Shown here one piece after another: positions 37,597-50,597 of a DNA stretch of 64,000 nt. Source of the stretch: Octopus sinensis. Lineage: Eukaryota. The DNA is taken from contig NC_043009.1 in NCBI RefSeq assembly GCF_006345805.1, positions 27,032,001 to 27,096,000 on the forward strand. The letters run 5' to 3'. The notes under the pieces were generated by a model. The model saw only the letters and a program-made list of their open reading frames with translations, was not told where the DNA came from and searched no databases. Each line of letters opens with the position of its first letter. The first letter of the stretch is position 1. A program made the translations under genes and the position numbers.

Positions 37597-38550
37597 TACA
37601 TATATGTACATATACATATATATACACATATATATATACAGAACAACTACTCGTTTAATCCAATTGTAAGCGTGGTGTCACATTCTTTTCTTAAAACATG
37701 GATTGAAAAGTAACTCCACAATATAAGATTGTAGCAAAGGCATATCTATAGTCAGTCGCTGTAAACAAGACAAATAAAGAAACTATTACGATACACCACT
37801 CAACCCCCGTCATTGTTGAGGGAATATATTTATTGTAAACATAGAAATTTATACTGATAGATGAGCATCGAATGAATTCGATGAGGAACTAGAAATAATA
37901 AACAAAGTAAATTATGAGAAATTGCAATCAAGAAGTAAAATGTAGATCGAAGTGAAAAGCAACTTCATTTTTATTTTCAATATTTGATTTCTATCCGAAC
38001 AGACTGGCAATTTAATCAAAATATTCTCGTTTAACATTTGACAGTAAAATGTAGCTGTACAAAAATATACTTAACTCACATCCAAGCGAAAAAGTTGATA
38101 ATAGTCAGGAGATTCACTGTCAGTTCTAAATAACGCCAGCTGGATATGGCATAGGCGAACCCAGTTTCAACAATTGCGGTGAATGCATAGATGCACATAC
38201 AGAAAAAACTAATATGTGAACGTAATTTTGAAGAAGTAAATTCCAAAACTGCAAAAATTTAAGAAAACATACAATTAGAATTTCAAATAATGATGAGTTT
38301 AAAAATGTTTAATACATAAAAGAATAGAGAAGAGGAAAAGGATGTTCAGATATTCAGCTCTTTGTTTACATTCCCACTCTCAAAAGTTTCTTTAACATGA
38401 AACACTTCAGTACCATGAATTGGCTGCTACGAGACTGAATTTGTAATATTGAATCAATAATACACACATGCTATTATCTATGTAGAGATATGTATTGTTT
38501 TCTGGCTTATGAAGATATATTGGGGCATACATAAATACATACATACATAA

Positions 38551-38606
<56 letters not shown>

Positions 38607-39030
38607 GCGTAGGAGTGGCTGTGTGGTAAGTAGCTTGCTTACGAATCACAAGGTTCTGGGTTCAGTCCCAATGCGTGGCACCTTGCGCAAGTGTCTTCTA
38701 CTATAGCCTCGGGCCGACCAAAGCGTTGTGAGTGGATTTGGTAGACGGAAGCTGAAAGAAGTCCGTCGTATATATGTATATATATATATGTGTATGTGTG
38801 TGTGTATATGTTTGTGTGTCTGTATTTGTCCCTCCCCCCCAACAACGCTTGACACCAAATGCTGATGTGTTTACGTCCCTGTAACTTAGCGGTTCGGCAA
38901 AAGAGACCGACAGAATAGTACTAGGCTTACAAAGAATAAGTCCTGGGTCGATTTGCTCGACTAAAGGCGGTGCTCTAGCATGGCCACAGTCAAATAACTG
39001 AAACAAGTAAAAGATATATATTTATATATA

Positions 39031-39114
<84 letters not shown>

Positions 39115-39563
39115 CGTGTGTGTGCATGTATGTATGTATGTATGCATGTATGTATGTATGTATGTATGTATGTATGTATGTATGTATGTATGTATGTATA
39201 CATATGTATATGTATGTGTGTGTATTACAGGACCAGATAGTAAACGGCTTGGATTTCTAGGGCTCACAGGTCCTTAATATCCTATCCAAAAACCTGAAAA
39301 TTCTATATGGGGTGGATATAGGTGAACTGGATCACTTGTCGAGAGTTTCCGATGAATCTGCTTCGCAGCAAGAAGCGCAGATGAGGGCAGCAACATCAAA
39401 CCCACTCATTCACTAATGCCGCATACCAGAGGAAATTTCAAGTAGTGAAAGTGCAGTAAATCTAATATCGGTGCCCCAGCATCACCGCAGCTCTAGAGCT
39501 GAAACGAACAAATAGAAAAATGGATGTAATAATATATATCTATATGTGTATGTGCGCGCGTGT

Positions 39564-39606
<43 letters not shown>

Positions 39607-40746
39607 GTGTCTGTAGCTGTGTGGTAAGAAGCTTGCTTCCCAACCACTTGGTTACAAGTTCTGTCATGCTGTATGGCACCTTAAACGAGTGTTTATATCT
39701 ATATATATAAAACTCTAGTTGTGTGAGTGTCTGTCCCCTTCGATTTAGATTCCTAACTCCTCCCACATTTTGCGGTGCAGTTTAACCAAATTCGGGTATC
39801 TTATAGTCGTGATTCATATCGAGCCCGTCTGACTATTAGCGCGCGTCAACGATGAGTCTACGATTTAAAAAATAATTTAACATCATTTTTTATTCCATTT
39901 TAATGCATAAAATGCATCGTATGTCGATGGCGGCGGAGTTGACGTCCAAGCTCACAGCTGCACCTGTTTGCTTCTCCCCCTTCCCTCCCTCGTGAAGCTG
40001 TGGGGAAGGGAGTGTAAAGAAATCAACGTCGTAATGCGTTGTGAAGGAAACCAGCGTTCTTTTAGAACAACGACTTCATGGCTTGAAGACACCAAAACAA
40101 AAATGGCTAAGAAAGCCCGAATTTATAAGGGAAGTAACTCTCTAAAAATGCTTATATAGTTATTTCCCTTACAAACCCGAGCAACGCCGGGCGATACTGC
40201 TAGTTATATATATATATATATATATTTTATTTTATAGAAGGAGCTTCTACAGGACTAGAACTGTTTCATCCAGATGAAATCTTCAGGAAGCTGGCTGTCA
40301 AAATAAGGTCGGGTATTTATACATTTAGGCAGATTTAATGGGGTGATGGTGGGGGACGTTTTTTGGGTAAGTTGGTATTTAGGAGATAAACAGGGCACAA
40401 ACTATTGTTCTTAGGGGAGTGGTCAAAAGGCCAGAGTGTTTTTTGAAATGAGAAGAATCAGTGAGAAAGTAAATAAATGAATAAATAGAATAATTGAATA
40501 GAATCAGATATATGGGATGGGGTTTTAGTTAAATTAGAAGACAATTGCTTTTTGGTGGTCAAGAGGAGGTAGTCAGTTTGTTATTGTTAAGTGGAGGGAA
40601 GAAATAGATAAGTATACATGAAAAAACATATAAAATAAATATACATACAAACACACATACATACACATGCGAATATACATATATATACATACATACGCAC
40701 ATATATATACATACAAACACATACATACATATATACAAATATACAT

Positions 40747-40777
<31 letters not shown>

Positions 40778-41373
40778 CATATACATACATACACCTACAT
40801 ACACCTACATACACGCACACACACGCACCCATATATATACATATATATATATACACATGCATACATACATAAATATACCCACGTTCATATAAACATATAC
40901 ATAATCATGCATATATAAATACATATATAAATATACTCCTGTACACACAAACACACACATAAATATATGCACGCATATATAAACGCATATGCACTTATAA
41001 AACCATATGTGCATATAAATATACATACGCATCTATAAGCATATATACGCATATAAATACATATATGCATACATAAATGCATACATGCATATACATACAT
41101 ACACACATATACATACATGCACATACATACACATACATACACGTACATATATATACATATCTACACATATACACATATATATATACCCATACAAAAATCT
41201 ACAAGTCCATATATATATATATATATATACTTACATCCATACACAAATATACAAGCATATGTATATATAAATACATATACATATAGAAGCTTCTTCTATA
41301 AAATAAATTACTTTACTCTGCTATGTATTGAGTACCTTATTTACTGTGGTTAACCCCGACTCAACCCGGGACC

Positions 41374-41428
<55 letters not shown>

Positions 41429-41669
41429 AAGTACATATATATATATTTATGTCTGTATGTTTGAGTCTGAATTTGTCCCCCGCACCATTGCTTGACAACC
41501 GATACTGGTGTGTTTACGTCCCCGTGGGTTAGAATATGTCTAGGGATCGATTTCTTCGATTAAAGACGGTAAAATGACGGAAACAAGTAACATGACTGAA
41601 GCAAATAAAAGAATAAAATTATATATATATATATATATATATAATAGAAATATTAAAATTACATGCATG

Positions 41670-41737
<68 letters not shown>

Positions 41738-42253
41738 TACATATGTATGTATATAAGAATAACTTACTTAGTGCATACATGCTAAGAATTATGCCGAGAT
41801 TACCGCAAGCTTGAATACAATAAAGAATGAAAAAATTGATCAGAGATGGTATGAAAATTTTGGTAATTCCACAGATAATCTGACATGCGTTCGCAATCAA
41901 TATAATGGGTCTCCGACCAAATCTAGATGAAAATTAGAAATACCTAAATTATTTTCAGGAAATTAAAAGAGGTTTGTTGATAGATATAAGAGCGAAAACC
42001 GAGCGATAGAAGCATACGTTTATGTTACGTACTTTTGAAAAATGTTTTGCACGACGTCTGCTGACAAAGTCCCGTAACCGAGGTCTTTACTGGAGTCATA
42101 ACTAAGGCACACAATAATTCAGGGGCCAACAAAAATGTGCACCCAGAATGTAAACATGTGATACCATCGACAGATTGCGAAAGTTAGTCATGTATCAGTT
42201 TGTGTACATTAGTATATCTTCCTATATGTCAGTGTGCAAGAGAGGAAGAGAGA

Positions 42254-42318
<65 letters not shown>

Positions 42319-45300
42319 GAATTGGGTAAGCATGAAGAAGCGCTTAAGTTAGAATAAGAGTTACTAGGTGATTGGAACAGAACAATAGCAAATGAAAGGA
42401 TAACATTAAACGAACACTAGATTTGTATGAACACAAAAGGAAATCTCAGAAGGAAAAGTAGATTGTATTTTAATCATAATATTAATTATATATATATATA
42501 CATAAAATGAAGTCTGCCTCATCATCTAATATATCATTGCTTAATATCTCCTCAAGATTTTCTTTTATCAGGACAGGAGCATTCAATTAATCAAATGCTA
42601 TGATTTGAAACTGAAAATATTGGGATTTATTATGTACATTTACCTGAAATTCGATTTTTAAACGTGTTTTATCTTCTGCCAAAGACATCGTTTCGTACGT
42701 ATGCTATCTTAATATGTAAGTCTAAAAGACTGTGGCGGTCTTTTAAAAATTTTGTAGGGAGATTATTCGATGAAATAATAATCCTGGCATTGCGCAATTC
42801 CACTGTATATATGCTCTCTAAATTGTTTCGTATATAGGAATGAAATATAAGATTTTTTAAGACTGAAGAAATATGAAGTTGTGACGTTCAATTTTTACAT
42901 ATGAGTTAACGACATAATTATATAATTACATTCGAGAACGGAAACTGAGTCACAATAACATCGTCAACTTTGGCAACTTGACTTTATTCCTGTTATGAAC
43001 TTGCTATCATTTGAAGTGCTGATAACTGAAACGAAGTTACACATCTAGACTAGTGAGAGTTTACTTCTATTGTGCCGCATCCTGGCAGGAAGAAAGTCAC
43101 ACTTCAATTAAGACTAAGAAGGAAAAGTATCTAACTTGAACATATCATTTCTAACTTTAAATTAAAAGAGGAAATATAAACAATATATCTCATGTTCAAA
43201 AACGGCAAATTCTTCAGTCTGTGATTAATTATACGCTAACGTGGATATTATTCGAACCTTGAAGAAAAGAATTCGAAAGGAAAGAATGTACAGAGTACCA
43301 GAGGAACACATTTCAAACATAACACACTGGATATACGGAGGTGAAATACAGAAGGGAGGAAATCTTACCTGTCAGCTAAAGCACCAAATATTATTGATCC
43401 GCAAAGATAACCAACAAAATAAACTGATTGCAAAGTGGATTTTAACCATTTTCTCTCACATACAAAATCAAACTGTAAGTAGATGAATAAAATAGATTAA
43501 AAATTCAAGAATTTCTTTGAAGTTTCGTTAAATATTGATGTGGAACGCCTTCTCTTTAATTTAAACACTGTGTAATAATGAGAATAAGAATTGCTCTGTA
43601 ATTCGGTCGGTATTTCTATTTTATTCACAGATTTTGCTTCACGAAGCAATACTTTGGTCTTTGTCAACAGTAACGTCGACTATCACACGGGTTGACCATA
43701 ACCAAGGTTTAAAAACTTAATTGGAAACAACTGTATGACATTTTACGGATACTAGAATTCAGAGAATATAGACGAGTGTATGGATGGAATGTTAATATAT
43801 GTCATTCTTGTAAAGTAAACTCAAATTTGGAGCAACCGTCATGGTCGTTACCAATACCTAAAAACAGGACTGAATACTTGATATAGGAAAAGCTCCATAT
43901 CATCATGCTACAGAAGCATTTAGCTTTGGCCTACTAGGTTGTTAAACTTGCGTAAAATCTTTTCTGGTTGTATTTTTTGTGCTGTGTGTGTAGGCGTGCG
44001 TGCATATCTGTGCACACGCGAAATACGTATACGCAAACGTACATGTATACATATGGACAGAAAGAGTGGACGCAAACGTACATGTATACATATGGACAGA
44101 AAGAGTGGACGCAAACGTACATGTTTACATATGGACAGAAAGAGTGCGAGTGTATGAGAGAGAGAGAGAGAGAGAGAGAGAGCGGGCGAGAGAGAGAGAG
44201 AGCTAGATAGACAGATAGGCAAACATATATATACATTTATGCATTATATATGTATGTGTGCACATGCCCGTATATGTGTGTGTGTATGTATGATCCTTTC
44301 ACTAATGTCCATACTTATACATATTTGTTTACAGGAATTAGTTAATCAATTCACTCACCTCGCTTACAACCGAAGAAAACTTCTCCGTCAGAAATTTCCG
44401 TCCATAAGAACACTGTAGTTTAGATGAATTACTTGGTGGTGTTGTATAACGTGTCCCAGTGAAACTATTGTTATATACAGAACATTGATCGTCGCCGTCT
44501 GGTTGAAGCATTTGTAAATATTCATTCTCTGTAAGATTTGCAGGAATTAACGAAGCATTAAAGTTCGGAGGGTAGCATAAAAAAGGAACGCTTGCTGTGA
44601 GAAATGACATGTTCGCCGCGGGAAATTCTGTCATCATCCATATAATAAAAATATAAGCTAATAACCAGCGCTGATAAGGTCCAAAACTACCACATTTTTC
44701 TAAAATGTGTGCAATATCTTTATCTGATATACCTGAAAAACGAAAAATTAATAATATAAACCATGTAAAAAATATATTATTATAATATTAATTATATAAA
44801 TATCAAAATGAAAATATTTCGCAATGGGCCTTTGTTGTTCAATAAAATTACATTGTAGAAAGAAATATTGATATTAAAATTTTTTGTTAAGGTTATTTCT
44901 ACAGATTTTTAATAGAGGTTAGAGCCAGCACTGATCAGCACCATGTCCTACTGTGTTAGTAGTGCTATTAAATCACATTTTAAAATTTAATAGCACTGCT
45001 AACGCTGCTGGGCACAGTATTGATTATTTCTATAGAACATCTGTAGAGATAACCTCAACATGTGATTTAATAACACAGCTAACAAAGCAGGACACAGTAT
45101 TGACTTATAAAACGCTTAATATACTTTGTAGTAGATTATAGTTGCATAGCAATATCAGGTTTACCCTCAAGTAATCAAAATTATTTGTGTGAATTTACTT
45201 TAGATTTGATGTAAACCATGCGAAGAAACATTATTGGTCTTACAAAGAAACAATGTATAAAGTAAAATCCATTATGTTATTTATGGTACTACACCGTGTA

Positions 45301-45964
45301 TGTGGAATGTTCCAGTTGACTAGTGAAAGATTCACAACTTAGTAGTTTATCTTTTTTCTTTTTGTCTTCCTTCTTTGGCTAATTGCCCAGCTTTCCTGTT
45401 TCCTTTAATATCGGTTGGCTAGGTACCCAAATCGTTGCTATTTGTTCATCATTTTCCACTACTTAATTATCAATTTTTATGAGGATATTTTCAGTTTTCT
45501 AAATCAATGTTGTTTTAACAGATTACCGTCGGAGAGAAAACCTACCAATGTTTTACTGAAGGCATACGTTTGTTCAATTCCGGATTGGTGCTGTATATTT
45601 ACTAATATCAATGCAGAGAGGAATGTTAAGAATTATACATAATAAATCTTGTGTATGTCTAGCAAGGGATAAAGTCTCGACTTATTTGTTCGAATATGAT
45701 TTTAAAATTTGGTGCCGAAATATTATCCAGGTATTGAATTTCATATTATTGATTATTCTCTCCTGAAATAAACTAAATCACAAACAATGCACATATAAAT
45801 CTACTAGAACAAAACAAAACATTTCTCGGGTTAAAATACTTTCTAACACGTTAATCAATTATTAAAATAATTAGTTCATAAGAAAGTAATTGGAACAAAT
45901 ATAATTATTTACGTGTAGCTGTCTGTGCTTTTGATTCCAGTTGATATTCTTCATTTTCATCCAT
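28599..45964 (-). CDS. SLC22-family organic cation/anion transporter (Orct-like), gene B, 9 coding exons, 555 aa
   Basis: Exons 45964-45913, 44732-44359, 43472-43369, 41922-41768, 38248-38080, 34678-34406, 33691-33477, 31360-31252, 28815-28599; all GT-AG and in frame (1668 nt); exon 1-8 sizes match gene A. Confidence 0.94.
29267..29329 (-). ncRNA. Degenerate type I hammerhead-like motif in an interspersed repeat
   Basis: AGAUAA-CCGAAGA-helix II-GAAAC-UCAGA-GUU-UUAUCU; U4C change; flanks homologous to 13310-13430. Confidence 0.5.
31252..31360 (-). CDS. Gene B coding exon 8
   Basis: [37 protein letters not shown]; 109 nt. Confidence 0.93.
31672..32901 (-). mobile_element. Full-length mariner (Hsmar1/cecropia-like) with disrupted transposase
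   Basis: TIRs TTAGGTCGTCAAGTATGAAATT; fragments [39 protein letters not shown]. Confidence 0.92.
33477..33691 (-). CDS. Gene B coding exon 7
   Basis: [10 protein letters not shown]...LVEFP...; 215 nt. Confidence 0.93.
34406..34678 (-). CDS. Gene B coding exon 6
   Basis: FLPESPRW...LNVCLCW; 273 nt. Confidence 0.93.
34878..35255 (-). mobile_element. Helitron/DINE-like non-autonomous repeat fragment
   Basis: Minus strand starts TATATAAAATCCGTTCTGTCTGTGTGTG, resembling the 5' ends of the Helitrons below; no 3' CTAG found. Confidence 0.4.
36200..37010 (+). mobile_element. Degenerate Rex3/Expander-like RTE LINE fragment (gene B intron 5)
   Basis: [42 protein letters not shown]; homologous to 6500-7345. 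Confidence 0.75.
37190..37550 (-). mobile_element. tRNA-derived SINE (family 3)
   Basis: Minus-strand head GGAGGCGCAATGGCCCAGTGGTTAGGGCAGCGG...GGTTTCGATTCCC with A and B boxes; second copy at 46480-46705. Confidence 0.82.
38080..38248 (-). CDS. Gene B coding exon 5
   Basis: [11 protein letters not shown]...SSWRYLEL...FFAW; 169 nt. Confidence 0.92.
38605..39012 (+). mobile_element. tRNA-derived SINE with CORE-like segment and internal microsatellite
   Basis: GGAGTGGCTGTGTGGTAAG A-box, GGGTTCAGTCCC B-box, GCACCTTG(G/C)GCAAGTG; other copies at 39615, 41450 (tail) and 51215. Confidence 0.85.
39698..40203 (+). mobile_element. Non-autonomous Helitron
   Basis: A|TC start, subterminal hairpin CCCG-AGCAACGC-CGGG, CTAG|T end; directly follows a SINE head; related copy at 53597. 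Confidence 0.85.
40242..40292 (-). ncRNA. Type I hammerhead ribozyme motif (gene B intron 4, sense orientation)
   Basis: AGCUUC-CUGAAGA-UUUCAUCUGGAU-GAAAC-AG(UUCUAGUC)CU-GUA-GAAGCU; intact core, weak helix II. Confidence 0.65.
40610..41425. repeat. Degenerate (CA/TA)n low-complexity tract
   Basis: Direct reading; source of many spurious HIY/MYVC ORFs. Confidence 0.9.
41768..41922 (-). CDS. Gene B coding exon 4
   Basis: [13 protein letters not shown]...LSMYAL; 155 nt. Confidence 0.92.
43369..43472 (-). CDS. Gene B coding exon 3
   Basis: [35 protein letters not shown]; 104 nt. Confidence 0.93.
44032..44146. repeat. 39-bp minisatellite, ~3 copies
   Basis: Unit CGCAAACGTACATGTATACATATGGACAGAAAGAGTGGA. 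Confidence 0.9.
44359..44732 (-). CDS. Gene B coding exon 2
   Basis: [22 protein letters not shown]...SSVVSE; 374 nt. Confidence 0.92.
45913..45964 (-). CDS. Gene B coding exon 1 (start codon)
   Basis: [17 protein letters not shown](R); acceptor-like AG at 46013-46014. Confidence 0.8.
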
Positions 45965-46479
45965 TGTAACAACACGGATATTTTAGAACTTTTCTTCAAT
46001 TTTTTTTTTTACCTAAAAGAATATTTCAAAGAGAAAAAAACCCCCATTAAATTGAATGAGTAAAATTATTCACGTCTATTCAGAGTATACAATGTTAGCG
46101 GATATATTATAATACGGTTATTACATAAACATCGGTTGTTTTAGGCAAGAAGCTATATTTTCCTTGCAAGAATAAAAAATAGTTTTCCATTTTTGTCTAC
46201 CACCAACATGAGACTTCCACCGACCACACTCCTCAAATTTGCTCTCTCGATTTTTCTCAAAAGGTTGCGAATAGAAATAAGCCATATAGATAAAGACAAG
46301 ACTATTACTTCATTATTTTAGTGTATTTCTAATCCATCGATATATTCTCCTGATATCTACTTCCTTCATCTGCTTTCTTTACTTCTATATCAGCTCGAAA
46401 AGCATTGTGCTTGCAACCGGCTTCCTTACCGGAACGACCTGATCTGTATGTATGTATATATATATATATATATATGTAT

Positions 46480-46705
46480 ATCACGTGATCACGTGACCGA
46501 CCAGACAATCAGATGTTGTTACACATAAGCGAGCAGGCCAACAGAAGAAAGAGTGAGAGAAAGTGTGGTGAAGGAGTACAGCATGGATCACCACACCCTG
46601 CCGGAGCCTCGTGGAGCTCAATAAACACTCACAACGCCCGGTCTAGTAATCGAAACCGCGATCCTACGACCGCTGCTCTAACCACTCGGCCATTGCGCCT
46701 CCACA
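46480..46705 (-). mobile_element. tRNA-derived SINE (family 3), partly deleted
   Basis: Matches 37375-37550. Confidence 0.75.
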
Positions 46706-46707
46706 TA

Positions 46708-46774
<67 letters not shown>

Positions 46775-47059
46775 GTATGTATGTGTGTGTGTGTGTGTGT
46801 GTATATAAAATATAAATTAGAGACAAACCACTATTATGCAACTTAAACAGCGATAGACATAAACCAAAACATAAATAACAAATAAAATATTTTTTTATAA
46901 GACATAAATAGATCTCAGAAAGTATATATATTTTTTCAACATAGAGTAAAGCATGAAAAGCAATTAAATTGTGGGAAAATTAAATGAAATATTTAAAAAA
47001 AATATTTCTATAGTTTTCAAATGCAAGGGAGATATTCCTTTTTCTGCCTGTCTCTGTCA

Positions 47060-47145
<86 letters not shown>

Positions 47146-47151
47146 CCACTC

Positions 47152-47187
<36 letters not shown>

Positions 47188-47596
47188 GTAGGTATGCATG
47201 TCTAAATGAGTATGTTTGTATGTATGTATGTATGACTATATCTTTCTATACATTTGTGTATTACTGAGTAAGAGAAGACAGAAAATGCATACGAGCGCGC
47301 GCGCGTGTGTGTGTGTATGCACGCGTGCATTTATATAGACTTTTTTTTATCGAAACGATAAACATGCGTTTTCAAGGAATACAGTTCTCCAAGACAAAGT
47401 AAATAATATTTACCAATTCTGATCTACTCTACTCCACTCTCAACAGAATTTTTTCGAAAATTCTTGTCCAGTTATCACATTAAATACCTATGTTGCTTCA
47501 CTTCTCCTGTCCCACCCGCAATAATCTAATTTTTTTTGCATTGAATGACACAATTTTTTTAAAGTTTTGTTGCTACGTAGCATTTCATATCGCTTG

Positions 47597-47660
<64 letters not shown>

Positions 47661-47831
47661 GTGAAATAGAAAGATGAATAATCTTGTAGTAGATTAATCA
47701 AAAGTTTAACCGCGTGTAGAATGAAATAAAACATGCGTTTTCAAGGAATACAGTTTAAACACGTGTAGAATGAAATAAAACGATTTCTGTTCAATCTGCG
47801 TTCAGCTCCATTTCTTCAATTCACCAATAAC

Positions 47832-47866
<35 letters not shown>

Positions 47867-47932
47867 ATGTATGTATATGTATATATATATATGTATATAT
47901 GTATGTATGTGTATGTATGTATGTATGTATGT

Positions 47933-47978
<46 letters not shown>

Positions 47979-48052
47979 AATGTGACCGCGTGTGTACCGT
48001 TGGCGATTTTTTTTCCTCTGTCTTCCCTTCTCTGGATCTTTCCTTCTCCTAT

Positions 48053-48087
48053 GTTTCCGACAAAGAGCTCCGCTCGAAACGTTAAAC
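48053..48087 (+). ncRNA. Degenerate minimal hammerhead motif in a pLTR-like repeat (47978-48187)
   Basis: GUUU-CCGACAA-A-GAGC(UCC)GCUC-GAAAC-GUU-AAAC; palindromic AACGUU; two core mutations. Confidence 0.5.
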
Positions 48088-48469
48088 CCTCCTTCTTTCC
48101 TTCTTTCCTGAGCGTCCAATAATACTATATTTGTTCCACGTCCTCGCATTGATGTGATTTTTTTGTGGTTTCTTGTTTGGATTAACTATATATATATACA
48201 TAATTACACAAACACACACACGCGCGCACACACACTCACACACACACATAGCAATAGTATCGTTTTCTTTGCTGCAGTATATGGTGGTACAGCTGGCGTT
48301 CAGTGGAATAAATAAATATGGCTACATAATGAGAAACCCACTGAAGCCGTAACTGAGCAAATTTTGTTTGTGTATTTCAGACAGTTTGACTCGATTGGAA
48401 TTTATATTTAGGGTAGTGTAAACATATGTGACTAAGAGACAATTAAACACCACACTTCAAACATGTAGT

Positions 48470-48645
48470 TTAGCAGTATTTCGTCTGGTATTTCAAATTC
48501 CGCCGAGGTCGACTTTGCCTTTCATCCTTTCAGGGTCGATTAGATAAGTACCATTTACGCACTGGGGTCGATGTAATCGACTCAATCCCATTGTCTGTCC
48601 TTGTTTGTCTCCTCTATGTTTAGCCCCTTGTGAGCAATAAAGAAA
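48470..48645 (+). mobile_element. Nin-domain SINE, 5'-truncated
   Basis: Matches the 26.5 kb copies. Confidence 0.85.
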
Positions 48646-48704
48646 TATATAAGCAGGTAGAGCTGTTAGTAGACTGTTATGTAGACATTTATATATATAT
48701 ATAT

Positions 48705-48785
<81 letters not shown>

Positions 48786-48959
48786 TATATAAGTAGGTAA
48801 ATGAATATGTAAGTAAACAGATAGATAGGTACATAAGTAATACGTACAGACAAGCACACACACACTTACATACACAAATGAAGACTGAAACATATGACCA
48901 TACACACACACATACACAATGCACATAATTATACATAATTACACTCAAACATGCACAAT

Positions 48960-49335
48960 TCTGATGATTTATTTTTCAACGTAGTCTATTTTGATGGCTG
49001 AACACTTTCTCCAGCGGTGCTGAAGTGCCATTATACCGGCATAGAGGAACTCTTTTGTTTGAGATTCTAAGAAACTCCCTACAGTGTCTATGATGTCATT
49101 GTCAGTGAGAAAATGGCCACCAGCCAGGACTTTTTCATTTTTGGGAATAGATGAAAGTCAGAGGGGGCTAAGTCTGGCGAATAAGGCAGATGGGGAACAA
49201 GTACGTCTCCACACTCACGAATTGTTGCCATGACAACCACTGAGGTGTGGGCTGGAGCATTGTCGTGAGGAAAAAGGATTCATCTGGTGAGCATCCCTGG
49301 TCTTTTTTCTTTGATTGCATCCTGGAGGCAATACA
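48960..49335 (-). mobile_element. Mariner transposase 3' fragment
   Basis: Minus strand PHDNAPAH and HLPYSPDLAPSDFHLFPKMK. Confidence 0.8.
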
Positions 49336-50309
49336 GTAGCTGAATCATGAAAATGAGCAAGAATGCTCCTAAAAGACTGTACTTACCAGAAAAAAATTGT
49401 TTTAGCTACCTAGCAGCCCCGTTTCTAGGTTCTCACGTACACCAGCTGTCTCCCCATGTAACTGTTCTATCAAATGAAACTCTTACTAACTCGAGTAACT
49501 TACAAAATTCGATCTGAGGTTCACTAACCATGAACTGAACTTATTAAACTTTTCTTTGGTTCATGGACCCTATAAACTCCTCTTCAATAGAGTTATTGGT
49601 ACATTTTGATTATTTCTCCCTCATTAAAACTTGCCATTAAAAAAATTGGGTTATCTCCCCACTAAAAAATTAAGTTTATGTGGATTAAAAGAGTTAGAGC
49701 CTTTTGATTGGATACTTCAAACATATTGTTGATGTTTGGCCTCTTCAATAGGAACGGTAGGATTTGTTATAAAAATGTTATTAGATTCAATAAGAGGTTT
49801 AATCTTTTCAGTTTCCATGTTTAATAATTTTTTCAGTTTTGTTTTTGTGTTATTGAGGTTTAAAAATTTTTTAGTTGGGGGAGATAACCAAAAGTACCGA
49901 TATTTTTCATAAAACGGGGTGAGACAACCCACTATTTTAATGGGGGTGCGATAACCAAAAAGTATCAAATCACTGTATTGTGTCCTACCCAATAACAGTA
50001 TCCTTTCAATACCCGAATGAATCGCTGACCACGGAAATAGTCTAAAACCGAGTGCTTTTACATTACACTGCGTTTCTGAACTCGCTCTACATTTGAATTG
50101 TATGTTCACCGCCCGTAATTTCTATAAATATTTAAGTGGGCTATCATTAGTAAAGTGTAGCTGATACATTTGGCTATAATATTCTATTCATGTTTTGGGA
50201 TCCGAACAAGACATTAAAATTAGCATTAAAAATTTGATTTTGTTTCCGAAATTATTTATTGTAAAATACCAGAGCTGATCAATTTTAAAACTGAAATTAC
50301 CCAGTAGAA

Positions 50310-50522
50310 TCCTTTCTACTCTAGGCACGAGGTTCGAAATTTTAGGGGAGTGTGTTAGTCGATTATATTGACCCTTGTGTTCAACTGGTACTTATTTCAT
50401 CGACCCTGAAAAATGAAAGGTAAAGTCAATCTCGGTGGAATTTGAACTCGGAACGTAAAGATGGAAGAAATACCGCTAAACGTTTTGTCCGGCATGCTAA
50501 CGATTCTGTCAGGTTGCTGCCT
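50310..50522 (-). mobile_element. Nin-domain SINE
   Basis: Reverse complement of the family consensus. Confidence 0.8.
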
Positions 50523-50597
50523 TATACTCCAATATAATCAGTGGAATAAAATATTTCACTTTTTGTCAGTGAAACTTCTTCCTGTTTTACCACAATA

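Noticed and set aside
44032-44146. Regular repeats that could suggest a CRISPR array (also the 26.5-27 kb array)
   Set aside because: Head-to-tail units without unique spacers, no cas genes, eukaryotic context; these are a minisatellite and tandem SINEs
44359-44460. All three amino-acid differences in the A/B loop are A/G changes, suggesting genomically fixed editing
   Set aside because: Transitions dominate anyway and C/T changes also occur; too few sites to support it
49717-50109. 130-aa minus-strand ORF
   Set aside because: Non-ATG start, no recognisable domain, overlaps a motif-repeat region
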